From Candidatus Thorarchaeota archaeon (lineage in GTDB: Archaea; Asgardarchaeota; Thorarchaeia; Thorarchaeales; Thorarchaeaceae): 64,000 nt of DNA. Shown in pieces: positions 51,641-61,097 of this stretch. The notes under the pieces are model-generated. The model had not been told where the DNA came from and made no database searches. It was given only the letters and a program-made list of their open reading frames with translations. Position 1 is the stretch's first letter. Each line of letters begins with the position of its first letter. The stretch lies in assembly GCA_963726195.1 (NCBI GenBank), contig CAVSBO010000003.1:576001-640000 (forward strand), in the 5' to 3' direction. The position numbers and the translations under genes are program-made.

Positions 51641-52606
51641 ATGAGCGAACTTGAATGGACCTTGTCCAGCATAGGCCAACTGGCGATACTGCTTGAAGCT
51701 AGTTCGCCCAAGCCGGGAAATGTAAACCGACTCAGACGGTTCTCTGATGCTGGTTATCGTCACTTCGTTGCCAGTGCTTGCCTTGCGGGAAGGGGTCTGC
51801 ACATTGCAGCGTCCAGAGGTGTCGAACTCGCTCGCAACACTATACAACCCAGTGATGTCAGGATAGGTGAAATCATCCACGAATGTGCGCTGGATGTTTA
51901 TACCGGCCTCAATAGAAGCAATACGATTCTCGGCACCATGCTTCTAGACATACCTATCATTGTCAGCTGTGCAGCGGCGGTAGAATCTGAAGGTCGATTC
52001 TCGATAAAGGGAGTGGAGCGATGGGCAAAGTCGGTTCTAAAGCATACTTCCGTTGAGGATACCTTGAATGTGTACAGAGCCTTCCATCTTGCGCGTCCCT
52101 GGGGCAGCCTCGACAAGGACGCACTGGGATGGACGGACGCTCACAGTCGCTTTGATATTGCAAATCCCGATGTGTATGACAACATCAAGGAGGACCGAAT
52201 CACTCTTTACGATCTATTCAGGGCCGCCGCAGATGTGGATATGATCTCCAATGAATGGTCACATTTCTTCCGAATCACTCTCCACGAGTCTTTTCCGTTC
52301 TTGGACAATGTAAGTCATGGGCTTGAGGATCTAGAGGAAGGAATCGTAATGACATTCCTGTATCTGCTTTCGAGACACCCTGATGGTCTTATCATCAAGA
52401 AGGCGGGTCGTGAAAAGGCGGAGGAGGTTAGGAGGGTGGCAGAGCAGGTGTTCGGGAACGTAATGAAGAGCGGAACCGCAGACCCGCTCCTGATTAACCT
52501 CGATGAATTATTGAGGAGAGAAGGAAATCTGCTGAACCCTGGTACGACTGCAGACCTAGTGTCCGCTGTCACAGTGTGCAAGCTGACTTCTCTTACGTAC
52601 CCGTGA
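51641..52606 (+). CDS. CitG-like triphosphoribosyl-dephospho-CoA synthase family protein (archaeal type)
   Basis: LEASSPKPGNV, NTILG, PDGLIIKKAG and NPGTTADL. Confidence 0.88.
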   Translation: MSELEWTLSSIGQLAILLEASSPKPGNVNRLRRFSDAGYRHFVASACLAGRGLHIAASRGVELARNTIQPSDVRIGEIIHECALDVYTGLNRSNTILGTMLLDIPIIVSCAAAVESEGRFSIKGVERWAKSVLKHTSVEDTLNVYRAFHLARPWGSLDKDALGWTDAHSRFDIANPDVYDNIKEDRITLYDLFRAAADVDMISNEWSHFFRITLHESFPFLDNVSHGLEDLEEGIVMTFLYLLSRHPDGLIIKKAGREKAEEVRRVAEQVFGNVMKSGTADPLLINLDELLRREGNLLNPGTTADLVSAVTVCKLTSLTYP

Positions 52607-52630
52607 ACAAGAATGCTTCACTAGCAAGTT

Positions 52631-52649
52631 CCGGGTCCACAAAACCCGG
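52631..52649. terminator. Short inverted repeat between convergent genes
   Basis: CCGGGT-ccacaaa-ACCCGG. Confidence 0.3.
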
Positions 52650-52672
52650 CCCAAGAGCTGGGTTCGCAATAG

Positions 52673-52945
52673 CTACATCATGAACTGCTTGAAAACGTGC
52701 TGGTATCTGGCCTGGAATTCCCTCGCCCTTTCGAGGTTGGCTAGGTAGAGCGGTTGTCGCATATCTTGGAGGTTCGGGACTTTCCTGCAGAGCTCTTGGC
52801 CGACAAGTTTCCTCAGAGCGAATGAGACTGTCCGAGGTGCAAGATTCACCTTGTTGGATATGTCCTTAGGGGTCATCGGTCCATCATGAGTCAACCGGTC
52901 TAGGACTATCATTGCACTCCTGGGCAGTTCCATCACGATGCTCAT
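52673..52945 (-). CDS. Small MarR/ArsR-like winged-helix regulator
   Basis: LPRSAMIVL...GPMTPKDI...LAPRTVSFALRKL...PNLQDMRQPLY. Confidence 0.85.
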   Translation of the reverse strand: MSIVMELPRSAMIVLDRLTHDGPMTPKDISNKVNLAPRTVSFALRKLVGQELCRKVPNLQDMRQPLYLANLERAREFQARYQHVFKQFMM

Positions 52946-53149
52946 CTTAATCACTCAATTTCAAAGCGGTTCAAGTTCTTATTGCTAGTTCTGCTTCCAA
53001 CAAATATAAGCAAATGTTTGCACGCATTCCGTGACGACGGTGAGTAATTACCTAGATTTGAGTCATAAACCTTGTCTCTCAGGTAGCATCATTGAAGAGC
53101 AGCGCATCACTTATTCGATTCCGATGTGATTATTCAAGGCGAGCGGAAG

Positions 53150-54136
53150 ATGAAGACGCGCGTGTTTGTCACAAGGAGAATACCTGACGAGGGTCTAGCG
53201 ATTATCAGACAGAATTTCGAAGCAATAATCTGGGAACTTGAGACACCACCAACATCAAAGGAAATCGTGCAGAATGCAGAAGGTTGCGAAGGGCTCGTTT
53301 CCCTCTTGTCCGACTCGATCAGTGCTGATGTAATCAAGGCCTTGCCCAAGTTGAAGGCGATTGCTCAGTATGCAGTTGGCTACGATAATATTGATGTGAG
53401 CGCAGCAACCAAGCGAGGCATCATTGTTACAAACACACCCGGGGTGCTTACAGATACTACTGCAGACCTCGCGTGGGCTTTGATAATGGCCGCTTCTCGC
53501 AGAATAGCTGAAGCGGACCGTTATGTCCGGTCTGGTCAATGGCGCGTCGCTTGGGGACCCCAATTGATGCTAGGCATAGATATTCATGGCGCCACTCTCG
53601 GCATAGTAGGAATGGGAAGAATCGGGGCGGCGGTTGCTCGGAGGGCAAAGGGGTTCTCCATGAACATTCTTTACACCGATGTATCGGACAGTCAGGAGGC
53701 ACAGTCCATCGAGAAAGAGACCGGAGCCACGAAGACGGATCTCCGAACTCTGCTTCGTCATTCAGACATCGTCACAATCCACGTTCCTTTGACAGCCCAG
53801 ACAAAGAAGATGATTAACGCAAGCGCATTTGCAGCAATGAAGAAAGGCGCAGTGCTAGTGAACACCTCTAGAGGCGCCGTCGTCGACGAAGAGGCTCTTG
53901 CCGCCGCTTTGTCAACGGGTCAGCTTCGCGCAGCAGGGCTCGACGTTTTCGTGGACGAGCCGCTTCCTGTGAACAGTCCACTCATGATCCTCCCCAATGT
54001 GGTGCTTCTTCCTCACATGGGCAGCGCTAGCTTCGCCACAAGATCAAGGATGGCAGTCATCTGCGCAGAGAATATTGTTGCTGCACTTAAGGGTACGCGG
54101 CCACCGAACATTGTCAATCCGGAAGTCATGCTGTGA
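53150..54136 (+). CDS. gyaR: Glyoxylate reductase / D-2-hydroxyacid dehydrogenase
   Basis: AVGYDNID, NTPGVLTDTTAD, GIVGMGRIG, NTSRG, LDVF..EP and PHMGSA. Confidence 0.9.
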   Translation: MKTRVFVTRRIPDEGLAIIRQNFEAIIWELETPPTSKEIVQNAEGCEGLVSLLSDSISADVIKALPKLKAIAQYAVGYDNIDVSAATKRGIIVTNTPGVLTDTTADLAWALIMAASRRIAEADRYVRSGQWRVAWGPQLMLGIDIHGATLGIVGMGRIGAAVARRAKGFSMNILYTDVSDSQEAQSIEKETGATKTDLRTLLRHSDIVTIHVPLTAQTKKMINASAFAAMKKGAVLVNTSRGAVVDEEALAAALSTGQLRAAGLDVFVDEPLPVNSPLMILPNVVLLPHMGSASFATRSRMAVICAENIVAALKGTRPPNIVNPEVML

Positions 54137-54269
54137 CATGGATTAGACCCGCATCTGAACGAAGGCCATTGAGTTCCGCGAATTGTCAGGATGGCACGCG
54201 GGCTGAGCCGGGCGGAGAATAGAAAAAGAGAGGTATGGGGACTATAAGTCCCCATAGTGTTGCACTAGT

Positions 54270-57200
54270 TTACTTCTTCCTGACCAAGAACAGCATTAGC
54301 ACGACCAAGATACCGACACCAATGCCGCCGAACAGACCAATCCAAAGTGGATCGATTCCGCCGGTAACAGGAGTTGTGGTTGTTGTGGTAGTCGTAGATG
54401 TAGTGGTTGTTGTCGTAGTTGTGGTGACCGTACCAGCCGTGAACGACGCAGACGCCCTTACAGCGGTAAGTCCAGGCCAGTAGCTGCCGTAAGCAGCTGC
54501 GTGGTAGGCTGGATCATCGTCATACACAGTGATTCTCACTATGTATGTGCCTTGCGTGAACCCTGTCGAGTCCCACGTGTAGCTAGTCGTGTTAAGGTAG
54601 CCTGCTAGTAGCTGGAACGTGACACCGCCGTCTGACGAAATGGCTAGGTCGTAGAAGTGCTGGTCGCCTGAGTTGAGGTCAGAGACACTCCAAGTGATTG
54701 TCTTGACCGCTCCAGACCCACTGACCGACACTGGGCCAAGGTGTGGGTAGAGGAAGTTGTCAGTCTCGACCGTAATCGAGTCTGAGTACTTGAAGTTGGT
54801 ACCAGTATCGACGGAGACCAACACAGCGGTAGAGCAGTTGGATTGCAGAGGGTAGGTGTCAACCTCAGCTGTATTGCTATAGGCTGATTTTCCGACGCCG
54901 GTTCGCGTGTCAACAGTGACATACGCGCTACCAGCCTCACGGGAGTAGTCGAATAGGCCTACAGCAAGAGTGCCAGCCCTGTCAGCAAGGAAGGAACCGT
55001 ATTCAGGTACTGCGCCAGTAGCCAGCTTCTCGCCAAACAGGTCGGAGGCGGCTGTCCAAGTGGTGTTGTCAGTGTCCGCCCAGTACGACAGGATATCAAC
55101 ATCGGTGACGTCGAAATCAACTGTCAGTCTGACGTTGTCACCTGCCTTGATGCCGGGCACATAGACCCAGACGAATTCGTTGAGGTGCAGCATGCCACTG
55201 TACGGGCTGTAGCCGCTTGTTGGAATATGCAGCGCGTGGGTGCCCGTGAAGAGGAGACCCTTCAGGACCTGCAGACTGATTCCTGTTACCTTGTAGTCTG
55301 GCATATTGGTGAGCACAGCGTCAGTCCATGTTGCATTCATTCTGACATGGTCACCCACAGCCTTACCGCCGTCGGTCACGACTGTGTATGAAGGACTGTC
55401 AATAGAGCGCCAAGAGTATGTTACGGTAGGCGCTGGTACCTCTGTCCAACACATCACCTTGAGGGTGAAGTTGGAGGGCAGCTGCTCATAGTAAAGCTCG
55501 TTGGTGGTCACATAGACTAGGTAGTCTCCTGGAACCGCCGACAGCTCTCCTATCGCAGACGCACTAACGCTCGAAGTCTTGTTGGCATCCGTTGAAGTCC
55601 CTAACTCCACGCCAGTCATGCTGACTATTGCCACATCGAAGCTGCTGGCCGCATTAGCCCATTCTACCTTCGCACCAATGTACTTGGCCGAGGTGTCGCT
55701 GACATGCACAATGAAAGCGTGGTGGTCAGCTGACTGCGTTGTATAGTAGTAATCCTGGCTAACGAAGCTTGCACCGTCTTCCATTGGGTTCAGCACATTG
55801 CCGTACCCGCTGGCCACGGTTGTCTCCGAACCATCTGCAGTCGCGACTTCAGCGCTCACAAAGTACGAGTATGGAATCAGGTAGTTGGTTGCACCTTCTG
55901 CCACCAAGTAGCCCTCATGGACTCCTGGCTCTGCGTCGTTAGGAACTGTCAGATCGACTGACAAGCCGCCAGCTACGTTGTTACTGACTGCAAGCTCGCC
56001 GTTGCTGACCGGCTTCCAAGTGATGATGGTGACATTCACGTCGGTGCCGCTAGTGTACGGCCACTTCCAGATCGATTGATCGTGTATAGCCACAATTGGC
56101 GTGTTCGTCGGGAAGAGACTGCCGACTCCAGATGGACTGCTAAGGTCCATCCTGATGGTGTGCTGAGCGCCACCATACTGAATCCTTGTCAACTCATCAC
56201 CGTGACCGGTTGTCGGGTTGTAGTAGTCAGGTACTCCGTTCGCTGGGTCTGTGTCACTCCAATCAAAGACAAACGCGTAGAACTTGGCAGTGTAAGCCGT
56301 GGGAACAGGATTGAGGCTCGTAGGACCGCCAATCAGAATCGTAGCAAATGGAGCGGCAGCGAAGTTTGAGTAGGCAGTATCTAACTCAGTTTGAAGGTCA
56401 AACCACCCTGCCTTGATGCTGTTCGATCCTGTTGATGTGGTCTCGTTGTAGATGTAGGTGTTCCAGATACCGTGCCAGACATTGTCAACCTCATAGTTCT
56501 GGCTGTCCCATGTGAAGTCGGTCGCGTCGACATCGGTCGTGTCCGCATATACCCCTGCCATTGACAGAGACACTGTGGCACCTGGCGATACGACACCGTA
56601 GTACAAGGTTGCGTCGAGGAAGTCAGTTGGCATTGCAGTGCTGTTGATGAAGAGACCGGAATTCTCACCTTCCCATCCCGTCGAGCCATCCATGTAGTGG
56701 GCCCAAGCCACATCTATAACGGCTCCGTAGTTGATTGTGGAGTCGTAAGTGCCCCAAACAACGCCTGAACCAGCTCCATCGAGGTATTGCACAGCAGCAT
56801 AGGCGTCAATCCGACCGTGTCCCTGGGCCATTCCATCGAGGCCAAGGTCTACGGCTGTGCTCTCTATGACGACCTTGTACGCATCAGGCCTGGCAACTCC
56901 TCCAGTCTCCTGAGCCAACAGAGCTACGGTTCCAGCCACCATCGGACAAGCCATGCTTGTACCAGCGTAAGTAGCGTAGAGTGGGTATGCACCCGGCTCA
57001 ACGTACGCTAGCATGTAGTCAGCATGTCCTGGCACGATACCAAAGGTATTCTGGCCCGGTGCAAGTACATCAGGCTTAGAGTACCCTGTGGATAGCGGAC
57101 CTCTCGATGAGAAGCTCAGCTATCTGATCGTAGCCTTGGTTAGGACCGTAGGCGTTCTCGTAGGTGTGGTAGCTTGTGGACGCACCAACTTGGAGAATCT

Positions 57201-59079
57201 GTGCTGCACAAGGCGCGCCGATTGTTGCATAGCCTGGACCTGAGTTGCCCGCTGCGAAGCAGTAGAGCATTCCTGGGTAGCTCACATCGAAGAATCCCGG
57301 AGTCGACAATGCCGCATACATCAGTGAGTACAGCGGCTGCAACTCAATGTACTGCGGAGCAACCCAACCCCAAGAGTTGCTTGACACGACAGCCTGGTGG
57401 CCGCTCGTGCTGCTCCATTCAAAGAATCCAGTGCCTGAATTGTAGACAAATCCCGCTTCCCAGATGTTAGCAGCCAAGTGCGATCCAGTTCCGATGACCG
57501 ACTCACCAATGAGCTTGCTGCCGTTTGCCACTCCGTAGAGTTTGTGCTCCTCGCCGTTAAGACCGACAGGATATGAAAGCACACCACGGCCAGCAATCTG
57601 ACCTGAGACAAAAGTGCCGTGAGCACCAGTGTCATACAGGATAGCAACCATTCGTCCACCCAGAGCGAAGCCCGCGACTGGGCCTACTCCGTAGCCAATG
57701 CTCTCCCAAGACGTGCAAATAGCACCGAGGCCGAAGTCAGCGATGCTATCGCCGGTGTAGTCGTGAGCAAGCACAACATGGTCAAGTCCAAGATTGCCAT
57801 CGTTGCTGTACCATTCATCGTTTACTAGGTTGTCAGTGAAGTTCCAGTCACCAAGGTTCTCGATGTAGTTGCGGTCAGCTGTGACATTGAAGTCGAGTGC
57901 ACCGTAGTTGATGGCCAGGTTCCAGAACTGTGTGTGAGCGTTAGCTGTCTCCCAATCTATGATCAGCCTTGTGCCGTTCATCACAACAGCCGGAGCGAAG
58001 ACCTTCAAGTAGGGATTATTCCTCTGCTGGAAGATGTATCCTGCGAAGAAGACTCGCACAGGAGAAGGCTGACCACCCGAGTATGTGGTAGTGCTGGCAT
58101 TTGGCACTTCCATCCTCTGCCTTACGACATCAGTGTAGAACTCAGTCAGGTTCACTTGGTTAGGATATTCATCGCCCCACCAAGAGGTTAGGTAGAGACT
58201 GACAAAGTCGTCCAATAATCGTAGGCCGTTCAGGTTGTTGACGTTCGGGTTCCATGTTCCAGGTATGTAGATCTTGTGAGTCACTGGATCCACAGTGCTG
58301 AGTCTGTTCCAACTCGATGCAGCAAGCCACTTTGTAGTGTTTGTTACATAGGTCAGGTTGAAACGATACATTGTAAGACCCACACCGTATCCACTCGGAT
58401 CGAAGCCAGAGGGCATGCCTGTCACTGGGTCATAGTACATCGCACCCTGCAAGTCAGGATGGCTGAAGTCGACACCAGTGTCACAGACACCGACCACCTG
58501 ACCGGTTCCAGTATAGCCGTAGTCTGTCACAACTTCGTCTGCGCCAATCAGCTTCTTGTTCTCGTACATGGCGGGCTCATCCGGCAGAGTCGTGATCGTA
58601 GTTGGACGCGCCTCAAGGCCGTCTACTCTTGCCGTGTAGAGTCTGTCCGACAGAACGCCTGCTACACCCTTGTAGTTCTGGAGTCTGTCCAGATTTGCTC
58701 TGTCTACATAGGCACTGACAACGATTGCGACCTTGAAGTCCATCATCCACTTAACATCGACAATCGACTTCAGGCCATCAATGTCCGCGCCCTTCGAAAT
58801 TGCTATCAGGACTGAGGGCTTACCTCCTGCACCGACAGCAACATCTGAAGGAATGACACCAGTGTCCTTGTAGGACGTGAGCAGAGAGTCTAGCTTAGAC
58901 TGAGGACGGGCCTCATCCAAATAATTGACCCAATCCTGCAGAACTGACTCGGTTAGCGACGATGTTGGGACAACCTGCGTGCTAGCTTTGGCTACGGGAG
59001 TAGCAGGAGCAACGGCTGTCATGCCGACAAGCATTGCTACGAGCAGCGCCATAGCCGCAACATTTCGTAGGTTATTCAT
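54270..59079 (-). CDS. Large membrane-anchored S8 (pyrolysin-like) serine protease (frameshift at ~57115)
   Basis: Signal peptide and catalytic motifs DTGVDFSHPDL, HGT, AAGNSGP, FSSRGP (restored across the shift) and GTSMACP. Thr-rich linker and C-terminal TM followed by RKK. Confidence 0.92.
54371..54428 (-). repeat. Poly-Thr coding low-complexity linker (ACN repeats)
   Basis: Encodes TVTTTTTTTTTSTTTTTTTTP just before the TM anchor. Confidence 0.85.
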
Positions 59080-59396
59080 TTTCCATCTCATCCCTCACGC
59101 TGAGCAGAGAACGATGGCAGAGATTAGAATCATCATCGATGACTACATCTCCACCGCATACCTCATGCGTCTGAAACACACGGCCCGACGGGCGAACAGA
59201 CGTCTCTCCTCTAACGCGTTCTCTAAAGCTCGTGTGATTGAATATCAATCGGGCCAATGGCTCTTAATAAGGCTTCTGTCCAAATGAGCACGTAGAAGGG
59301 CAAGATTGGCCGAGTACACGTTTGGTTATTTCGTTCTGGTTGCTAGACTGCCGATGCCGAGACTCAGAAAGCTGCAAACGTATCGTGGTTGAATCC

Positions 59397-60513
59397 TCAG
59401 GTAGCTCTGGTCATTTTCTTTACCGTATCAACGATTTCATGAATCATCATGACGGCGCCAATGATTTCCACCTTGGGCTCCTCGGCAGTCTTTTCCCCAG
59501 TCGGTCGAGAAACCCTGTTAACGGCTTTGCCCAAGCTTTCTATCAGCGTGGCTATGACCTTCTTGGCTTGTGCATCCAGCTTGCTCGATTCAACTTGAGA
59601 TATCAGGTGTGCAAGGTCAGAGATTACACTGTCGGCCACTTCTGTTGCTGTCTCAGCCCGCCGATTCAGGCTTTCGAGCTTGGCTTCGTCAAACTTGAGC
59701 TTGGTCTCAAGTGCTTTCAATGTGGCCTGATCGCCACCGGGAGACACGCTCGGAACCCCTGGCTTCGACTTGAGAGTCGTCATCTCAGACTGCAATGCAC
59801 TGATTCTCTGGTCCTTTTGAGCAATCGTCGCTAGCAGTTCCTCTTCTTTTCCTGCACCAGACTCGGCTTGCGCAGTTGCCGCCCTTCAGCTTGGATTCCA
59901 TATCCGCAAAAGACTTGCTTCCTTCACCGACCTGCGACTCGAGTGTATCTAGCTGGCTCTGGAGAGAAGCGAGCTTGTCCTCGTTCTCCGAGACAAACTC
60001 CTTGAGCCTCTTGTTCTCGCCTTCAAGATTCTGAACTTGGGACTTCGCACCCTTCATCTCTTCATTGGCTGTCTTCAGTTCCTCATTCAACTTCACAAAA
60101 TCAGGGTTCGGAGGAGAAATGATAGTGTAGGCAAAGACGCCAAACAGTACGCACACAATTGTCAGGTACAGCAATCCAACCGCGATTGAACCAAACACTG
60201 CATTTGTCAGACCCTGCAGACCAGTCACGAAAGCCCACCACGAGCCAAAGGTGAATGATGGCGGTGCCCACCATCCTGAACCGAATCCAGCATATAGAAT
60301 CATAAAGAACGACGCTGCAAAGCACACGATTCCCAAGAGTATGAACAGATTCCGACGCATGCCCGCATGAGGAAGATACCTCTGATACAGAATGAATAGC
60401 GTTCCAACGAAAACCAATGGCAGAACATACGGAATGACTGCAACAAGATCGCTCATCGGGAACTGGAAATCAATCTTTCCAACAATGCCTGCTGCTAAGC
60501 CGTACGACATCAA
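59397..60513 (-). CDS. Membrane protein (3 TMs) with long C-terminal coiled coil (frameshift at ~59884)
   Basis: ORFs 59785-60513 and 59397-59795 join after removing one G (ESKLK|AATAQAESGAGKEEELL). Confidence 0.75.
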
Positions 60514-60620
60514 GGCGAAACCTCCGTTGGCGTCTTGGGCTAATCAGCAAGCCAGAGCATAAATGTGTTCGTTGTACATGCCCCGTCCGGTGGAAACATC
60601 CCGGACAGGAGCATGCAGGC

Positions 60621-60911
60621 TTACTCTTTCCAGAGCTTCGCCTTTTGGTCTTCGTGCTCTTCAACTGTTATCTCAAGCGACTTGATTAGTCGACACGCTT
60701 CGTCGATGGAAAGAAGAAAGCTTCCTTTGACGTCTCGCTCCTCACCGATCGAGAGCCTAAGCTTTCCGTCATTGACCCAACCTTCCGTCGTCTTCTCAGG
60801 GAGCTGCAGCTGGATTTCCATCCAGGTTCTTCTAGTCTGCCCTGTCTGTCGATCATCGAAGAAGTGCTTAATCTGAAGACGCCGCTCGTAAACAGGCGGT
60901 TTTGAACTCAT
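60621..60911 (-). CDS. Small hypothetical protein
   Basis: 96 aa with a GGAGA RBS-like element; beta-rich N-terminal part followed by one helix. Confidence 0.7.
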   Translation of the reverse strand: MSSKPPVYERRLQIKHFFDDRQTGQTRRTWMEIQLQLPEKTTEGWVNDGKLRLSIGEERDVKGSFLLSIDEACRLIKSLEITVEEHEDQKAKLWKE

Positions 60912-61097
60912 AGCTGGTTTCTCCTTCTATGTTTGGGGAATTGAATCCCGCGTCTAAGAGTAAGCTCGCACAACAAGATATGTCTTCGTTCCTAGCAGTA
61001 TGTTGGCCCCTGTGGTTCCTAGGAAGCCAACGCGCAATTGCGCCAAGAAAACGCTTATTTGAGAACCACTATTGCAGGAGGCGAAGGGCCTGTGAAA

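Noticed and set aside
54371-54428. Tandem repeat or CRISPR-like array
   Set aside because: It is a degenerate ACN codon run encoding a Thr linker, with no repeat-spacer structure.
59110-59160. Fluoride riboswitch or C/D box sRNA
   Set aside because: GATGG...GATGAC and ATGATGA are present, but the riboswitch pseudoknot pairing and a properly placed CTGA box D are missing.
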